DNA of 64,000 nucleotides from Candidatus Latescibacterota bacterium (GTDB lineage Bacteria > Latescibacterota > UBA2968), in contig OZ242195.1 of assembly GCA_965205975.1 (NCBI GenBank), positions 3,872,001 to 3,936,000 on the forward strand, written 5' to 3'. Positions 21,458 through 30,880 of this stretch are shown one piece after another. Numbering within the stretch: position 1 is the stretch's first letter; the number at the start of each line of letters is the position of its first letter. A program made the translations under genes and the position numbers. The notes below the pieces were generated by a model. It saw only the letters and a list, made by a program, of their open reading frames with translations, made no database searches and had not been told where the DNA came from.

Positions 21458-22915
21458 CTACTTCCCCCTTCTCGACCCCATCATCTTCGACGCGATCTCG
21501 ACCTCCTCGGCAAACGCCTCTGCCTCATCGTCATACGTATCAAACGGATCGCGGAAACTCAAATGGAATTCATTTTCCAAATACACCGAATCCCAATCCA
21601 CAATATACCGCACCCGATTTTGCGACAACGTCTTCACCATTGCCGCCCGCGCCTTTGCCCGCGTATCAGCCGGAGGCGCCCCACAAGCCTCTTCAACGCG
21701 CTCATCCGTCAGCACCCGCTGCATCTTACCCTGCTGCACCAGATCAAAATACAACCCGCGATTGGGATCGATATTGTGATACTCCAAATCCAAACTCTGC
21801 AACCACGGATCGTTCCAACTCAAATTCTCCGACTCGCGAAACGCATCCAACAACCACTTCTTAGCCACCCAGTCCAAACGATCTGTCAACTGCATCGGAT
21901 CGGACTCCAGATCATCAAGTGTGCGCTCCCACTCATCCAGCACCCAATCTGACTCCTCATCCAAACCCCTCAAATGGCGTTGCGCCAAATCCAAATACGT
22001 GCGCTGTATATCAATAGCCGAAATAGACCGCCCATTCTGCCGATCCAGAATCCACTTATGTGTCGGATCCCGCGAAATCTCCTTCAATGCCCACACCGGA
22101 TCCCCCAGATCCACATCCTGAGGAAAAATTTTGCGCTCTAAGAGATTCAGCACCATCGCAGTCGTACCAACCTTCAAAGCCGTCGCATACTCCGACATAT
22201 TCGAATCGCCCACCAGAAGGTGCAAACGGCGGTACTTGCTGTGATCTGCCAGCGGTTCATCTCGCGTATTGATAATCGCGCGAGAAAACTGAATCCACTG
22301 ATAAATCTCTGTAACAATATGATCGGCACGCTGAGAAATCTGGAAAGAAACCGCATCCTCTGTATCGGCGGCATCTCGCACATTTTGCCCATAATAATAA
22401 AAACTATCATCATAACTGCCCACGCGACCTGCACCGCAAAAAATTTGGCGCGTCACCAAGAACGGCAACAACGCGGGAATAACAACCGTTGAAAACGGCA
22501 CATTGCGCCTGACCAGATAATTTTCATGACAGCCAAACGTCGCACCCGTATAATGATCGATATTATTCTTCAAAAACGAAGCTTCTTTAGCCAACCCCAG
22601 CGCGTGCAATGCCCGATACAAAATACAATCGCCCGCCCGATCAAAAGCCACAATATCCCACAACCCCATACACTCCGGCGTGGCGTATTCCAGATGCCCC
22701 ATATCGATATAAACCCGCCCCGCATTAAACAAAAAACCCCCATTGCCCGGGGGTTCATCCCGTCCGCGATAGTGAATATCTACAATCCCTATTCGGTCAA
22801 CGTGAAAAATGTGATCCTTTACCTTCACCGAAATCGTATCTGGACTCACAAAACCCTCGTGCTCGGGTGCCAAACACCCATACTCGGTTTCTATGCCAAA
22901 AATGCGATCTCTCAT
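21458..22915 (-). CDS. pafA: PafA-like ligase for the ubiquitin-like modifier
   Basis: RIFGIETEYG, N.GRVYID.GHLEYATPEC, GCHENY, IINTRDEP, RRLHLLVGDSNM; lacks the Dop loop. Confidence 0.88.
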   Translation of the reverse strand: MRDRIFGIETEYGCLAPEHEGFVSPDTISVKVKDHIFHVDRIGIVDIHYRGRDEPPGNGGFLFNAGRVYIDMGHLEYATPECMGLWDIVAFDRAGDCILYRALHALGLAKEASFLKNNIDHYTGATFGCHENYLVRRNVPFSTVVIPALLPFLVTRQIFCGAGRVGSYDDSFYYYGQNVRDAADTEDAVSFQISQRADHIVTEIYQWIQFSRAIINTRDEPLADHSKYRRLHLLVGDSNMSEYATALKVGTTAMVLNLLERKIFPQDVDLGDPVWALKEISRDPTHKWILDRQNGRSISAIDIQRTYLDLAQRHLRGLDEESDWVLDEWERTLDDLESDPMQLTDRLDWVAKKWLLDAFRESENLSWNDPWLQSLDLEYHNIDPNRGLYFDLVQQGKMQRVLTDERVEEACGAPPADTRAKARAAMVKTLSQNRVRYIVDWDSVYLENEFHLSFRDPFDTYDDEAEAFAEEVEIASKMMGSRRGK

Positions 22916-22985
22916 GGGGGGGCCTCAATGATAGATGGGCGAGGCATGCCTCGCTCCTACAATCGGGCAACCACGAGGGTTGCCC

Positions 22986-23777
22986 CTACAATATAAACGG
23001 TGCCAGCGCGGGCGCAATCTCTTCTGCATCGACATTGCGATATTTGTTTTTACCCACCTGCGACCGCCCCAACACCACCGCCTCCACCTCCAAATCCACC
23101 AACGCCGTCTCAAGCACATCAGCCACATCGACCGCCCCAGCCACCTGCTCCAACTCGTCGGCATCTGTAGGTACCTCTTCCATCTTCCCAATCCATCGCC
23201 CGATTGCCCAGGCGCGAAGCGCAGCACCTGCGGCATCTGACAAAGACAACGCCTCCGTATCCAAACCCGACAACTCGCGCACCATCATCACATCTGCCTC
23301 CACAACACCCCCCACAGCAACACATCCCTCGTGCCGATAAAACGCACCATCGTAATCCACCGTATAAAAAATCTGCGCCCCCTCCTGCCCATCCAACTCC
23401 GCCAGAAGCACCCGCGCCAAAAACGGAGACCGCACCACATCGTCAAACCCCGCCTTCATCGCAGGACCCAGACCAAAATACACAATCTGGCGCAACGTCA
23501 CATCGTCCTCTGAATAATTAAACCCAATCGAATGCGCCATATCAATCGCAGCCTGCCTGAGCTTCTCGATATCCGTCGAATGCCCAATCGCCGCAAGTCC
23601 GATGCAGTCGTACACCTCAAACACCTTTTGCTGACTCTGCGACAGCGTCAGCAACAAAATCCCATCCTCGTACCCAACACCCACAACCGGACTCCCCGTC
23701 CGAATCTGATCTTCGATATAATCGCGCCGATTCGCAACAGCCTCTGCCCAGCGATACGGCTCATCTGACAACATCAT
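22986..23777 (-). CDS. prcA: 20S proteasome alpha subunit
   Basis: GSPVVG...GILL, KVFEVYD.IG.AAIG; follows prcB in the operon. Confidence 0.85.
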   Translation of the reverse strand: MMLSDEPYRWAEAVANRRDYIEDQIRTGSPVVGVGYEDGILLLTLSQSQQKVFEVYDCIGLAAIGHSTDIEKLRQAAIDMAHSIGFNYSEDDVTLRQIVYFGLGPAMKAGFDDVVRSPFLARVLLAELDGQEGAQIFYTVDYDGAFYRHEGCVAVGGVVEADVMMVRELSGLDTEALSLSDAAGAALRAWAIGRWIGKMEEVPTDADELEQVAGAVDVADVLETALVDLEVEAVVLGRSQVGKNKYRNVDAEEIAPALAPFIL

Positions 23778-24577
23778 GCGCGTCCCGCCTCCTCCCCATC
23801 CACATATTGAACATAGAGCTGCCGCAACGCCTCGGTCTCGATCTCTTCCAGACCCGACGCCGTAATCGTCTTCACCGACGGAAAAATATCAGCCGACCGC
23901 TCGTATCGACCCGTCGCCGAATCGTATTCTGACGCTGTATCCAGAAGCTGAAGCGCGTGCCCGATAGCCGCATCGCGATCCATCTCCACAAACCGCCGAC
24001 CGCTCCAGCGATTCAAATAATACATCGCCCCGCGAATCGCCGGCGACCCCGACCCCGTCGTCGTAAAATCGGCGCTCTCGAACTGCGCCCCCAGCGCATC
24101 GTAAAAATAAATTTTACCCCGCGCATCCACCTGATCATACGTCGCAAAAATGGGAATCACAGCACCAATACCCTGCATCGCCATCGGCAAATTATCCTTA
24201 ATCAACAGCGACAACCTGCGCAACTTCGCCTGCAAACTCATCTCCTGAAGCAAACGACGGCGATAATACTGAAATGCATGCTCCAAAATTCGCGCAATCT
24301 CAAACGCAATAGACGGCGATCCCGAAATCGCCATCACAGAATACGCATCCAGATCAATCACCTTATCCGCGCGATCATAAAGCACCATATTGCCCGCTGT
24401 AGCGCGGCGATCACCTGCAACGAGCACCCCATCGGCATATTGAAATGCCAGAATCGTCGTCGCATCCGTCGGCTCAAAAGGCAAATCGCGCTCGGACTGA
24501 ACATCGCCCAAATTTTCACCTGGGAACCGGTAGCCCGTCTGCCGCAGCAAATCGACAAAATCCCCACCCGATTGCAT
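23774..24577 (-). CDS. prcB: 20S proteasome beta subunit with propeptide
   Basis: TTILA...GVLVAGDRRATAGN, TTGSGS. Confidence 0.92.
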   Translation of the reverse strand: MQSGGDFVDLLRQTGYRFPGENLGDVQSERDLPFEPTDATTILAFQYADGVLVAGDRRATAGNMVLYDRADKVIDLDAYSVMAISGSPSIAFEIARILEHAFQYYRRRLLQEMSLQAKLRRLSLLIKDNLPMAMQGIGAVIPIFATYDQVDARGKIYFYDALGAQFESADFTTTGSGSPAIRGAMYYLNRWSGRRFVEMDRDAAIGHALQLLDTASEYDSATGRYERSADIFPSVKTITASGLEEIETEALRQLYVQYVDGEEAGRA

Positions 24578-24580
24578 AAG

Positions 24581-24772
24581 CTACTCGCCTGTACGCTGGC
24601 GATAACGCCGCGCCTGATTGGGATCAACGCGCCGCATGCGCCGCAGCAAATCGCGCGTATCTGGCCGCTCCACCTTCGGGCGCGCAGGGCCACCATCGCC
24701 ATCATCACCAGGACCAGGACCTCCCGGATCGACTGGCTTCGTCCGTCGCTCAAACTGCAAGACCTTATCCAT
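24581..24772 (-). CDS. ubact: Ubiquitin-like protein UBact
   Basis: 63 aa, disordered Gly/Pro/Asp-rich N-terminus, C-terminus LLRRMRRVDPNQARRYRQRTGE (R[ST]G[EQ]); AAGGAGG SD; lies between dop and prcB. Confidence 0.92.
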   Translation of the reverse strand: MDKVLQFERRTKPVDPGGPGPGDDGDGGPARPKVERPDTRDLLRRMRRVDPNQARRYRQRTGE

Positions 24773-24928
24773 CTACGGCCTCCTTAATGAAAAATGTCTG
24801 AATCAGGATTTACAGGATTATAGGATGAAAAACAAAATCAAAACCAACAGCAAAATCTTCTGGATCGCGGCTTACACCCTGCCGCGATGACAATCACCCC
24901 TCACACTTCACACTTTCTCCTTCACACT

Positions 24929-26452
24929 TCACACTTTCTCCAACGCAGCTAAAAAACTTTCCAACGTCTCCGAACGATCAAGCACCTCATTATAACGCTC
25001 TACCCGCTCCGCATCCACCAATAATTTCATATCCACTGCATGCTGGCGGCCATTGCGCTTAAACACAATGCGATCCCAGTTAATCGACGACACATAATCG
25101 CCGAACTTCTCCAAACTGCGCCCTCGAAAATACGCCCGCGTACCCGAAGGCGGTTCCGACATCGCCGCAGCCACCTCATCATCGCCCACCAGACGCACCA
25201 TCTGCCCCTGCGACTCCAGCAAATAATACAAACCCGCATCCCGATCCACATTGCTATACTCCAGATCCTGACTCTGCATCCAGAACAAATCATCGGGATT
25301 ATCCCACGCCAGATTCTCCGCCTCGCAAAAACTATCGATCAACCACTTCTTCGTCACCCAATCGCACACACCCACCAGATCCATCGGATCGCGGCTCAAC
25401 TTCTCCAACACATCTTCCCACGCCGACAACACCCAATCCGTCTCTCGATCCCGCCCGGCAAACTCGCGCCGTGCCAAATTCAAAAACGCATCCTGAATCT
25501 CAACCGCGGGAACGAGGCGATGGCCGGGCCCCTCCACCTCAACCAACCACGCATGCGACTGATCCCGCGCGATATTCTTCATCGCCGCAATCGGATCCTT
25601 CAACCGATAATCCGGCAAACAATCCGCCTCAATCAAATCGATCACCAGCGCCGTTGTCCCCACCTTAAGCGCCGTAATATACTCCGACATATTGGCATCG
25701 CCCACAATTACATGCAACCGGCGATATTGCGCCGCATCTGCGTGGGGTTCATCGCGCGTATTCACAACCGGACGCTTGTGCATCGTATCCACACTCGCGA
25801 TCACCTCAAAAAACTCCGCGCGCTGCGACAACTGATAAATCGGTGCGCGATCCTCCCGCTCAACCCCCACCTTGCCAGCCCCGCAAAAAATTTGCCGCGT
25901 GGGGAAAAACAACAACAACCCCTTCAATATACGCTCGAAAGGCACCGAGCGATCCATCAAATAATTCTCGTGACACCCATAGCTATGCCCTTCAAAATCC
26001 GTATTATTCTTATACATCCGCACAGTGCCCTGATCGAGCATCTCCGTCCGCCGCTGCGCGCAAATATCCACAATGCGCTCCCCCGCCTTATCCTGTGCCA
26101 CAAGCTCGAACAAACTTATGCACTCACCCGTCGAATACTCTGGATGCGTATGATCGTTGTAAAACCGGGACCCATTGTAAATAATCAAATCGCTCTTCAA
26201 TTCCTTAAACGGAATCTTGCGCTTGCGATCCTGTTGCAAATGCACCTTTTCATCGACATCATTCAACAGATTTTTAACTTCAAACCCCCGCTCATCCCGA
26301 CGGGGATTCTCCAGCCGATAATCCCACAACGGAACAAACTTACCCTGCTGATAGCACCGAATCAACTGCATTGACTCTTCCACCACATCGACCTTATCCA
26401 CCTCGTCAATCGTGATTCCGTATTCTGTTTCTATACCGAATAAGCGCGTCAT
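24929..26452 (-). CDS. dop: Dop-like deamidase/isopeptidase
   Basis: GIETEYG, Dop-loop WDYRLENPRRDERGF, NGSRFYNDHTHPEYS, SYGCHENY. Confidence 0.88.
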   Translation of the reverse strand: MTRLFGIETEYGITIDEVDKVDVVEESMQLIRCYQQGKFVPLWDYRLENPRRDERGFEVKNLLNDVDEKVHLQQDRKRKIPFKELKSDLIIYNGSRFYNDHTHPEYSTGECISLFELVAQDKAGERIVDICAQRRTEMLDQGTVRMYKNNTDFEGHSYGCHENYLMDRSVPFERILKGLLLFFPTRQIFCGAGKVGVEREDRAPIYQLSQRAEFFEVIASVDTMHKRPVVNTRDEPHADAAQYRRLHVIVGDANMSEYITALKVGTTALVIDLIEADCLPDYRLKDPIAAMKNIARDQSHAWLVEVEGPGHRLVPAVEIQDAFLNLARREFAGRDRETDWVLSAWEDVLEKLSRDPMDLVGVCDWVTKKWLIDSFCEAENLAWDNPDDLFWMQSQDLEYSNVDRDAGLYYLLESQGQMVRLVGDDEVAAAMSEPPSGTRAYFRGRSLEKFGDYVSSINWDRIVFKRNGRQHAVDMKLLVDAERVERYNEVLDRSETLESFLAALEKV

Positions 26453-26550
26453 AATTCAGTCCCGAACCACCACCTGCGGGCGGGCACAAGACCCGCCCCT
26501 ACAATTTTTCCATCTGCGTCCATCTGCGTCCATCTGCGTCTATCTGCGGA

Positions 26551-28191
26551 TCACACCACACCATGCCCGCGGGTGCGTCGTTCTCGCCTGGGGCGAATCG
26601 GTGCTGCGCGCACCACATTTTCCGGATCGTAATCCAGCAACTTCAACCAATCCTCTGTATTATCCGTCGGCGGGAAAATCTCATTCTCGCTATACTCCGT
26701 CTCAATCCCCGCGAGCAAATCGTCAAAACCAATCCCATCTTCCGCGCCAGAAGCAATACACCGCTTAATCGCAATCTCCTTCGCACGCTGCGCAATAGAC
26801 TCGAGAATTGCCCCACTACACAGATCTCCGCGACTCAACACTTCCTTCCGACCGCTTCTAAGCGTCACCTCCAAAAAACGCGTATCATCGCGCCTGGCAT
26901 ATATCTCTGCAATCGCGCGCGCCACCAGATCGTCAACTGCTGCCCGCACATTGCCATCATGCACATTTAACGCAGCCTCTGACAGCGGCAAATCAGCCGT
27001 CAAATAAATACCCAAAATCTCGCGCGCCGCATCCATATCCGGTCGAATAACCTTGATCTTGCGATCAATTCTCCCCGGACGCAAAATCGCCGGATCGATC
27101 AAATCTGGACGATTGGACGTCAAAATAATCACCACATCTTGCAGTGACTCGATCCCATCCATCTCGGAACAAAACATCGGCACAACCGTATTTGAAATAT
27201 TGTGCGACCGAATTGCCCGCCGCGTCCCCAAAACCGACTCTGCCTCGTCGATAAACACCACCGGCAAAAATCCCTCGCGCCGCTTCTCCCGCGCCTGGGA
27301 GAAAATCTCGCGCACCTTGCGTTCAGACTCTCCCAACCACATATTCAAAATCTCAGGACCCTTAATATGCATAAAACACGCCTTGAGATTCAGGCCGTCT
27401 TCCTGCACCTGCCGCTCCAGATTGTACGCCGTCGCCTTCCCAATCAGCGTCTTGCCACACCCCGGCGGACCGTACAACAAAAACCCCTTGGGCGTACTGT
27501 ACTGAAACCGCTTAAACAACTCTGGATGCAACACCGGCATCTCAATCGTATCTTTAATCGCCTGAATCGCATCCTTTTGTCCACCGATCTTCTCCCACGG
27601 CAAATCGGGCACTTCCTCCAAATAAAAATCCTTAACCTCGCACATCTTCTCCAGCGCCACGCGAAAATGCGGATCGATACGCACCTCTTCGCCCGCCTTC
27701 AAAGCCTCGGCCTCCAGATCTGCCCCTCGCAGCAGAACATGCGTCTGCGAACCGTGCTCTTGCCCCACCTGCAAACGCCCATCGTCCAGCACATCGACAA
27801 TTTTGCCCACAGTCCCCGACGGAGACTCCCCCATATCGCCCACCACGGCAAACGCCTCATTGACCAGCACGCGCGTACCCACCCTCAAACTGCGGTCATC
27901 CAACCGCGAATCCACATTCGCATAATACTCCGCCCCCCCCACCGTAAGATACGCGATACCATTCTCTGGCGGTGCCAACAGCGTCCCCACCCGATTGGCC
28001 GGAGCCGTCACCTTCTCCAGCGCCCCTTCCAGCTCCACAATCGTGCGCCTCGCCTCTTCAAACGTAATCTCATCTTCCTGAAGCTGCCGACGCAACTGGT
28101 ACAACAGGGGCCGCCGTCGATCCGTCTCATCCATCGTCATCAAAATTTGATCGATAATCGACAACGACTGAAACGTATGCTGCATATCCAC
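26551..28191 (-). CDS. arc: Proteasomal AAA+ ATPase (ARC/Mpa-like); true start may be at 28251
   Basis: N-terminal coiled coil and OB-like region, GPPGCGKT, IKGPEILN, FIDEAE, SNRPDLIDPAILRPGRID. Confidence 0.92.
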   Translation of the reverse strand: MDMQHTFQSLSIIDQILMTMDETDRRRPLLYQLRRQLQEDEITFEEARRTIVELEGALEKVTAPANRVGTLLAPPENGIAYLTVGGAEYYANVDSRLDDRSLRVGTRVLVNEAFAVVGDMGESPSGTVGKIVDVLDDGRLQVGQEHGSQTHVLLRGADLEAEALKAGEEVRIDPHFRVALEKMCEVKDFYLEEVPDLPWEKIGGQKDAIQAIKDTIEMPVLHPELFKRFQYSTPKGFLLYGPPGCGKTLIGKATAYNLERQVQEDGLNLKACFMHIKGPEILNMWLGESERKVREIFSQAREKRREGFLPVVFIDEAESVLGTRRAIRSHNISNTVVPMFCSEMDGIESLQDVVIILTSNRPDLIDPAILRPGRIDRKIKVIRPDMDAAREILGIYLTADLPLSEAALNVHDGNVRAAVDDLVARAIAEIYARRDDTRFLEVTLRSGRKEVLSRGDLCSGAILESIAQRAKEIAIKRCIASGAEDGIGFDDLLAGIETEYSENEIFPPTDNTEDWLKLLDYDPENVVRAAPIRPRRERRTRGHGVV

Positions 28192-28351
28192 ATAGTCCTG
28201 AAGAAAATCTTCAGGTGACTTTCTCTGACGATCAGAATCATTGGTATTGATGGGTCACCTCCGGATCAGGATGTGCAGGAAAGATTTTCTGAAGAATACC
28301 ATATCTCAAAACCCGTGTCAAGCCGCGAGACGGGCGAGGCATGCCTCGCCC

Positions 28352-29287
28352 CTACTCCTTCTCCAACTTCTCTAACTTGCGCTCCATATCGATCTTAACC
28401 TCGGCGACAATATTGGCAATCGGATCCCGCTTCCCCGCTTTAATCACCACGGGCCTATCGATATTAAAATGCACCTTGTGCTCCATCACCAGGCCGCGCG
28501 TCGCATCGATCACCCACGACCCCCCGCCTGTACCCTTCCCATTGTAATACAAAGAAGCCGCACTCACATCGATCCACCCCGCGTACATCACCTCACTATC
28601 CTCATCGATATGCACCTCCACGCGCCCCTTCTCCTGCTTGATATTCTTCACCTCATACGTACTCTTAATTTTAATCTCCGAATCGCGCCCCAGCATATCC
28701 ATACTCGCAAAAGGACGCCAAAAAACGCGCTCCCCCGTCCAGGTATCGCCCTTATTAACCGGACCCTCTGGCAAAACCGGTGCAAACGCCGGCATCGCCC
28801 CCTGGTACATATCCGTAATCAAATCCTGCCGCTCCACGCGAAACGCGGGAAAATCCGGCTCGAACTTCTGCGCTATGCCCTCGGGCGTCACCTGCCAGGT
28901 AAAAACCCTGTCATTAAACATATCAAACGTAAACGGAAACTGCTCATACGTCTGCTTCTCACCCAGAAAAATCGCTGCACTCGCCCCCTTTTTAATCTCA
29001 GCGCGGATCCCCATCACCCCTTCGGGAATCGTCCGCCCCGGCAATGCCCGGGGCACAACCACCTCTTCATGGCTGCGCCACTCATTATCTATAATCACGC
29101 GAATATGCCCGCTCCGCATCACAATCTGCTCGCCCTGATTGCTGTAATACTCCACCCGGAACTTGTGCTTATATCGCGCCTTGCGTCCTTCCGGAAACTT
29201 CAATGCCAGCACAGTGGGTTGCGCCCAACAATCGGCGGCAACACCGGCGAGTAACCCGAGAACAATCGTTAATTTCCACATAAGCAC
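28352..29287 (-). CDS. Secreted hypothetical beta-rich protein
   Basis: Signal peptide; GGAGG upstream; VLPEGPV.KGDTW and WVIDATRGLV patterns. Confidence 0.7.
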   Translation of the reverse strand: MLMWKLTIVLGLLAGVAADCWAQPTVLALKFPEGRKARYKHKFRVEYYSNQGEQIVMRSGHIRVIIDNEWRSHEEVVVPRALPGRTIPEGVMGIRAEIKKGASAAIFLGEKQTYEQFPFTFDMFNDRVFTWQVTPEGIAQKFEPDFPAFRVERQDLITDMYQGAMPAFAPVLPEGPVNKGDTWTGERVFWRPFASMDMLGRDSEIKIKSTYEVKNIKQEKGRVEVHIDEDSEVMYAGWIDVSAASLYYNGKGTGGGSWVIDATRGLVMEHKVHFNIDRPVVIKAGKRDPIANIVAEVKIDMERKLEKLEKE

Positions 29288-29330
29288 CTCCTAAACGATC
29301 ACGGATGAAAGCCTGCCCCTCATCTCATAC

Positions 29331-29548
29331 CAACTCAGGTGGTAAAGATGCTTCGGCTGCGCTCAGCATGACAAAACACCACTCGCCAACTCAGGTGGAA
29401 CAGATGCTTCGGCTGCGCTCAGCATGACAAAACACCACTCGCCAACTCAGGTGGAACAGATGCTTCGGCTGCGCTCAGCATGACAAAACACCACTCGCCA
29501 ACTCAGGTGGAACAGATGCTTCGGCTACGCTCAGCATGACAAAACACC
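29331..29548. repeat. Tandem array of about 4 x 56 bp containing AGATGCTTCGGCTGCGCTCAGCATGACA
   Basis: Units start at 29331, 29387, 29443, 29499 and are nearly identical. Confidence 0.95.
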
Positions 29549-29588
29549 GGACATCCGTAACATCAGGTATTAATTTTAAAACAGCTTC

Positions 29589-30602
29589 CTACCTCCTACT
29601 TCGCGTGCGCTTCACCCGCACGGGGCGCCCGCCTTTTTCTGCCGACTCCCATGCGGCCTCGGTCAACTGAATCACGCGCAAACCGCACACGGGCGGCACC
29701 TGAACTTCATCGCGTCCCAAAATCGCATCCACAAAATTTTGATCTGGACTCACAAACCGCGACGGCAAACTATCCGCATCCACCTCTACCGGTGCGCTGC
29801 CGCCGTATTTGCACGTCACCTTTCCATTGCGGGAATAAATCGCCCCCTTTGTGCCCCAAATCGTAATATCCTCCCACATCCCCGGACCGGGACCTGTACC
29901 CACAACAGAAAAATTCGCCAACGCACCATTTTCAAACACAATCGACAGCGCCGAATTGATATCCACCTCTGTATCCAGATAATCCATAAACGCCGACACG
30001 CGCGCAGGCGCCTGATCCACCATCCACAGCACAATATCCAGCAAATGGCTCCCCGAATCATTCAACTGCCCCCCGCCCGACAGCGCGTGAACCTGTCGCC
30101 ACTTCCCCTGTTGATTCGCATACCAGTGCTGATCTTGCATCGCCTGAATAAACTGAACCTCTCCGATCTCCCCCGCCTGAATCTGATTCCGCATAAACCG
30201 AAACGTCGGCGCCAGATGCCGTTGATAGGACACCATCAAAACGCGATCCACCTCCTCGGCCTTATCCATCACCTGAAACGCGTGATCAACCGTACACACC
30301 ATCGGCTTCTCTGTCAGCACATGCAGACCCTTATCCAGACTATCCATAATCTGTTCAAAATGCAACGTATGCGGCGTAGAAATCTCTGTCGCATCCATCG
30401 CCACCTCATTCAGCATCTCCTTGTGATCTGCAAACCTCGGCAACTGCTCTGCCTGGGGCACGCGCTCAAACAACCTTGCAAAACTCGCCTCACTCGGATC
30501 TGCCAGCGCCACAACCTCCACATCCTGCATCTTCATCAACCGCCCGAGGTGACCGCCCATATTGCCACCACACCCGATCAAGCCCATTCGCACCTTCTCC
30601 AT
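29589..30602 (-). CDS. Gfo/Idh/MocA family oxidoreductase
   Basis: GLIGCGG, HVLTEKPM, GGGQLNDSGSHLLD. Confidence 0.93.
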   Translation of the reverse strand: MEKVRMGLIGCGGNMGGHLGRLMKMQDVEVVALADPSEASFARLFERVPQAEQLPRFADHKEMLNEVAMDATEISTPHTLHFEQIMDSLDKGLHVLTEKPMVCTVDHAFQVMDKAEEVDRVLMVSYQRHLAPTFRFMRNQIQAGEIGEVQFIQAMQDQHWYANQQGKWRQVHALSGGGQLNDSGSHLLDIVLWMVDQAPARVSAFMDYLDTEVDINSALSIVFENGALANFSVVGTGPGPGMWEDITIWGTKGAIYSRNGKVTCKYGGSAPVEVDADSLPSRFVSPDQNFVDAILGRDEVQVPPVCGLRVIQLTEAAWESAEKGGRPVRVKRTRSRR

Positions 30603-30745
30603 TTATGTCTCCTTTTAAATGCAACCACAGATGAACACAGATAAACACGGATAAATGACGGGCGAGGCATGCCTCGCCCCTACAGGTGTTCACACTTCAA
30701 CCATCGTGCTCGAATATAGTTTCACATATATAATACCGCAATAAC

Positions 30746-30785
30746 AAAAAAAAGGCCACTGGACAAAATGTCCAGTAGCCTTTTT
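30746..30785. terminator. Intrinsic terminator downstream of the secreted-protein cluster
   Basis: AAAAAAAAGGCCACTGGACA-AAA-TGTCCAGTAGCCTTTTT. Confidence 0.8.
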
Positions 30786-30880
30786 AAATCGGCACCGTCC
30801 CAGGAATCGGCGCCATCCTCACGGGCGTAAAATTTTACGCCCCTACAATCATCTGCGTACATCTGCGTACATCTGCGGAT

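Noticed and set aside
24581..24772. Actinobacterial Pup
   Set aside because: The C-terminus is RTGE, not GG[QE], and the helix motif fits UBact
25040..28218. Long plus-strand ORFs (e.g. 25040-26374, 27202-28218; also 31595-32902, 44526-45782)
   Set aside because: Antisense shadows of well-supported minus-strand genes; the strand skew depletes stop codons and the translations are H/R/P/Q-rich with no motifs
29331..29548. Possible CRISPR array
   Set aside because: The sequences between the palindromic cores are essentially identical rather than unique spacers, and there are no cas genes; it is a tandem repeat
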